DNA of 64,000 nucleotides, taken from assembly GCA_951406725.2 (NCBI GenBank), contig OX597825.1, forward strand, positions 28,334,001 through 28,398,000. The letters run 5' to 3'. Position numbers and translations under genes: made by a program. The DNA comes from Octopus vulgaris. Lineage: Eukaryota. A model generated the notes under the pieces. That model saw only the letters and a program-made list of their open reading frames with translations, was not told the origin of the DNA and did not search any database. Shown piece by piece: positions 59,179 to 64,000 of the stretch (within the stretch, counting starts at the first letter, position 1; every line of letters starts with the position of its first letter).

Positions 59179-59857
59179 TTACTACTACTATTACTACTAC
59201 TACTACTATTACTACTACTACTACTACTACTACTATTACTACTACTACTATTACTATTACTATTACTATTACTATTACTACTACTATTACTATTACTAGT
59301 AGTAGTAGTAGTAATAGTCTTTAGTACATTGACTTTTATTGAGTGTTTTCCCCGCCGTACTACGTGACGATCTGCTATCCCTCCACGTATGAATCATTTT
59401 TTGTTTATTTGTTTTCTTTCCTGTATTTTCTTCTGCTTTAAACTGCTCTACTGCTCTGCTATTGTCTAGATGTTGTGCATAATTTATATCCTGGAAGTTT
59501 TGGCTAAGTGTATCTGTTTCCTTGTACCACCTTCTAATTATCTCTATTTCTATCAATACTTCAGTTACATACACCTAACTTTCCAGTCGACCTCAAAAAC
59601 AATGTCCGACCAACTAGCCTTTATCTTCCAGAATGTGGAATTCAGTTAGTTCAAATGTTATCTCTCATGTATACTTATAACTCACTTTTTCAGTTATCGT
59701 TTTACAAAACTAGCCTAAGTTCCAATGTAAAAACTTCGAACGCTTTCATGCCTTCAGATGTATGTTCTTTTTGTCCAAGAGACGGAAGCCAGAAGCTGTA
59801 GGATAATTTGATTTTTCCCATCCTCTACACATTTTGAAATCAGCTTGTTTGCATAAT

Positions 59858-60065
59858 AAGGCGACGAGCTGGCAGAATTGTTAGCACACCGGGCGCAATG
59901 CGGTAGTAGTACGTTCTACGTTCTAATTTCAAATTCCACCGAGGTCGATTTTGCCTTTCATCCTTTCGGGGTCTATAAATTAATTAGCAGTGAAACACTG
60001 GGTCGATGTAATCGACTGGTCTCCTCCCCAAAATTTCAGCCCTTGTGCCTATAGTAGAAAGGATC
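59858..60065 (+). mobile_element. SINE family B
   Basis: aaggcgacgagctggcagaa...gcctttcatcctttcggggtc. Confidence 0.8.
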
Positions 60066-61756
60066 ATTTGCAACTTCATCGCATGTCTGCTGTGGCTTAT
60101 GGTAAGAGAACCATGATCCTGTGCTGCAATCCAGAATTCTTTAATTTTGAGTCCTGCGGTTCAAAGGCAATATTCAAACTTTTTATACGTCCCTTTCCAG
60201 TCAATTCAAAGCATTTTGGACCCTGTTGTTTCGATATAAATTCCTTTCACTGTATAGGCCGTGTAAGGCTTTTTCCATTCTTTAACCTGTAATCCAAATA
60301 TAGTTTATATTTTAGATATTTTTCTTCCCTATTTCCTTACAAACCTCTATTTCATTCATATAAAGTCAGAAATTTGTTCTTATTTTTCTTGTTTCGAAGA
60401 CATATGAAATAATTTCACATTGTGGTTTTGTCCATAGCTCTGCAATTTCTGCCGCGGTTATTTTATAATAGATTTTTAATTGCACAGGAGTTTTACTTAA
60501 ACGTATTCTTACTAGATATTGGCGTATGTTTTCCAAAGATAATTATATTTCTTGCTTTCCTCTGGCTATTTTACTTAGACTGAGTTCAGGAATATTATAA
60601 ATTTTTGCAATTTTTTTCCAACTTTTAGTGTATTCACGTCCATTACAGAATGCATGTGTGTATATGCGTGTGTGTGTGTGTTTGCGTGCGAGTGTGTTTA
60701 GTATGTGTGTGTATATATGTATTGAAAAAGGGATGTTAAATAATGATGAAGTATATATGTATATTGCATTTAATTCCGTTTTAACTATTAGTCTATTATA
60801 TCAATAATATTCGTTTTTGAGCTATTCTTGCACGCACATGGGAATGCTAAACTCTTTCTCGTCCATTGATTCTTTAAGCATTTTTACGCATGTTCCTCTT
60901 TGTCTCCGTTTCTTTATCTAACATAATGTTAGTGTTCTTAATTCTTTTACTGTCCATGACTCTTCCTCAAATTTTTCTCTGTCTGTTGCTGTTGGCACAA
61001 CATTGATTTCTATTTTACGTTTATTTGTTTTTGATAAAGCCGTTTTTGCTTGGAGTCGAACTGTCTGTTTCGTTCAAAGAATCCTTGTCGCTTTCCATTC
61101 GACAGATTTCACCAAGATATCTTCTTTCTGATATTCTTTCATTTTAAGTACATTTTTTTGTCTGTTTTATTGTTCTGTTTATATTTATGTATTCTTTATC
61201 TCTTTCGCATTTCTTTTTAGCTGTGTCCTTCGTTATTGATTTCATTAAGGATTGAGAGATCTATTTTCATTTTCTACATTTGGATGGTTTTTCTTTTTGA
61301 ATTTGTTTTTTATAGCAGGTTGCCTTTTCTCTATGGCTCAGATTTTGATATTAACACACGACAAAAGCATTTACCCATCTAACATAATAACTACCATGGC
61401 TGCCACTTATATTATTTCATTTAACTTGGATGCAGTGATGTTCATATCCGTTCTCATTAAATGACGGATGACCACGGTTGCGTTAAATTTTTTTCGTGGG
61501 AGAAACTTTGCTTTGTCCTTAGAAATTTTTGTTGATAATTCTTTAATTATTTCCATATTTAGATTAAATTGTACGATATTCTCCTGCTTTAAAATAACCA
61601 ATTCTTAAATGTTCCACAAATTCCATCATATTAGACTTTTTGATTTTACTGTTCAAGTTTCTATTTTGTTGGTTATTTTTCTGTAAATAATTTAATATTT
61701 GCATTTGTGGGGTTTTGTTATTTGATCTATTTCTCTCAATTACGTTTTGGATGTTT

Positions 61757-61862
61757 AAAAGAAGAAGAAGAGGAGGAGGAGGAGGAGGAGGAGGAGGAAG
61801 AAGAAGGAGAAGAAGAGGAAGAGGAAGAAGAAGAAGAAGAAGAAGAAGGAGGAGGAGGAGGA

Positions 61863-61901
<39 letters not shown>

Positions 61902-61908
61902 TAACAAT

Positions 61909-61945
<37 letters not shown>

Positions 61946-61947
61946 GC

Positions 61948-61995
<48 letters not shown>

Positions 61996-62018
61996 AACAA
62001 TAACAATAATAATAATTA
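61757..62018. repeat. Compound (GAA/GGA)n-(AAT)n-(AAC)n microsatellite
   Basis: Seen directly in the sequence. Confidence 0.95.
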
Positions 62019-62024
62019 CAAATA

Positions 62025-62240
62025 TTCTTTCTTACTCGAGGCAGAAGGCCCGAAATTTGGGGGAGAGAGTCAGTCAATTAGATCGATCTCAGTACGCAAC
62101 TGGTACTTACTTTATCGACGACCCCGAAAGGATGAAAAGCAAAGTCGACCAAGGCGGAATTTGAACTCAGAACGTAGCTGCAGACGAAATACCGCTAAGC
62201 ATTTCGCCCGGCGTGCTAACGTTTCTGCCAGCTCGCCGCA
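62025..62240 (-). mobile_element. SINE family B
   Basis: cgaaaggatgaaaagcaaagtcgacc...ctgccagctcgccgc. Confidence 0.85.
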
Positions 62241-62459
62241 CAGGGCCAGCAGCATGAGGAGAGGGCGCTACTAGTTTACGTCGTATCCAGTACTCAACTC
62301 GTACTTATGTTATCGACCCCGAAAGCACGAAAAGATGATATTGGTTTAATTCGAACTCTGGACATAAAGATGGACGAAATGCCAGCGTTCTTTACTTCTT
62401 GGTCTCTCGGTTTGTTGCATGAGTTGCAAATGTAAATCTACTTCTTTGCATCTGCTTTC

Positions 62460-62800
62460 TCAGTTGTGCTTCTTTCTCTCCTTGACAACTGCTATTGTTT
62501 TACTAACTTTACGGTTTTCTCTACCTAGGTCCGCAACGCATAATTTTCCAACACCAATATCGTGTTTAGTAATCGCCTGCCATCCTTCCTTTCCAAGTAG
62601 AAAGAGTCTGTCGATGTTACTTTTAGGGTAGCGTACGTTTGGCATTGTGTGCAGCTTTCTAGTTCTTCTATCCAAGTTCTGTAGCTCGACTTTTGTCCAT
62701 TTTAGAAAGGGAACTGGCATGGCCCATGGATTTATTGCTTTAATGATATCCCGTCTTTTTAATTTTATTTAGAGCATCTTCCTATTTTTCTTCTTTTACT
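62460..62800 (-). pseudogene. R4/Dong-type non-LTR fragment (post-RT region)
   Basis: AINPWAMPVPFLKWTKVELQNLDRRTRKLHTMPNVRYPKSNIDRLFLLGKEG fits the WTxxELxxLDRKTRKL...PKxxVDRLYLPRxEGGRGL pattern. Confidence 0.8.
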
Positions 62801-63159
62801 CTTCACAGTATTAGCCTATCGTCTTCTGTGTTTTGTAACTCTTTGCTTCCATCTTTTCTAGGTTGGTGGAATCTGTCACCAATTATTATATTTTATTTTT
62901 ATTACCCTGCACGCATAAGCGAAAGCAGGGTATTTGTAATCACTCACTTTTGTCGGTTAGTACTTTTGCAAAATTACTGAAACACTGCTCAACGGATTTT
63001 CACCAAATTTGGCAGAAATACTCATTGGTTGAGTGGCTCAAAATGATGCACATTTGGTTTGATTATCTTTAAAAATATCTTTATTTTAATCGAACTTATA
63101 ATTTCTCGATAAGCAAGTGGTCATATAATTTTGTTCACTGTCTTTTTCATATGAATCGA

Positions 63160-63585
63160 CCCTCGACTGCGTGTGTATAAATCACGGTGTGCCTACGCGC
63201 GTTGACCGTGTGCGTACATACATACATACCTGATATGCTATTGTGTGTGTGTGTGTGTGTGTGCAATGATAGATTCAAGGATTTTGTTTATTTACGAGTT
63301 GATTTCTTAATGTCACCGGAGTATAATACATATAATGGCGAAATACTCCTCAAATTTTATGCAATATTTTCTAAGTATTTCAGTTTGTTCACTTTCTTTT
63401 ACAACTGAATGGATCCTCGTCTGCGTGTGTATACATCATGGTGTACCTAGGCGCGTAGACACGTGTGCGTACATACATATGCGGCTGTGTATGTGTTTGT
63501 GTGTGTGTGTGGGTGTGTATAGTGATAGATTCGAAGGTTTCATTTATTTGCGAGTTTATTTCTTAATGTCACCGGAGTATAAATA
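63160..63585. repeat. Diverged direct duplication (~63160-63327 and ~63412-63585)
   Basis: Both units end gatagattc.a...tttcttaatgtcaccggagtataa. Confidence 0.75.
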
Positions 63586-64000
63586 CCTATGACAGTAATA
63601 TTTTAAAAAGTTTTAAATTATTTCAGTTTAATTAAAAAGCTTGGGTAAGCAAAACAATGTAAACCACACTTGAATTTGCGAAAAAATTAATCTGCACTCA
63701 GGGTATGCATCGCCCCCACCCAGATGCCTTTGTTTTTTCCATTTTGTTTCGTTCTTCTCTAACAGCTAAATGTCTAGAAAATAGCTTTTCATTGCTTTAG
63801 CGACATATATTTTCGCAGTTCGTTATTACTGAAATTTTTCTTATTGTATTTTTTCTTATCTGAGCCACACCAACTTTTCACATCAATATTCTATTAACCA
63901 ACACCCATTTTTTTAGAAATTTGTTTTGCAGAAAAATTTTCTTTCTTTCTTAAACCTCATCTACATCTTCCACAGCGTACTAGTTTGTTTCTAGTTTGTA

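Noticed and set aside
59320-61700. Possible further R4-type N-terminal relic on the minus strand (LNEIIYVAAMVV)
   Set aside because: Motifs are sparse and out of order relative to the 62460 fragment.

Overview
This is AT-rich, microsatellite-saturated animal DNA with no recognisable host gene. Almost all ORFs in the track are translations of (TA)n, (CA)n, (TATG)n or (AAT)n repeats. The repeat landscape resembles a coleoid cephalopod (Octopus-like) intron or intergenic region; this is inference only. The window holds many copies of three tRNA-derived SINE families, decayed R4/Dong-type and CR1-like LINE fragments, mariner transposase remnants (one inside a 1.1-kb tandem duplication), a cluster of non-autonomous Helitrons and a Penelope-type GIY-YIG endonuclease fragment. 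The most notable signal is about 17 type I hammerhead-ribozyme (HHR) motifs, found by eye, in about 10 unrelated short sequence families. Most of these elements sit between (TA)n tracts, often with inverted or tandem terminal duplications typical of Penelope-like elements (PLEs). One family joins a tRNA-like Pol III head, an (AAT)n spacer and an HHR tail, making it a candidate PLE-mobilised SINE. Another family carries a conserved non-canonical CUGUNGA core. All folds were read manually and no activity or database evidence is claimed.
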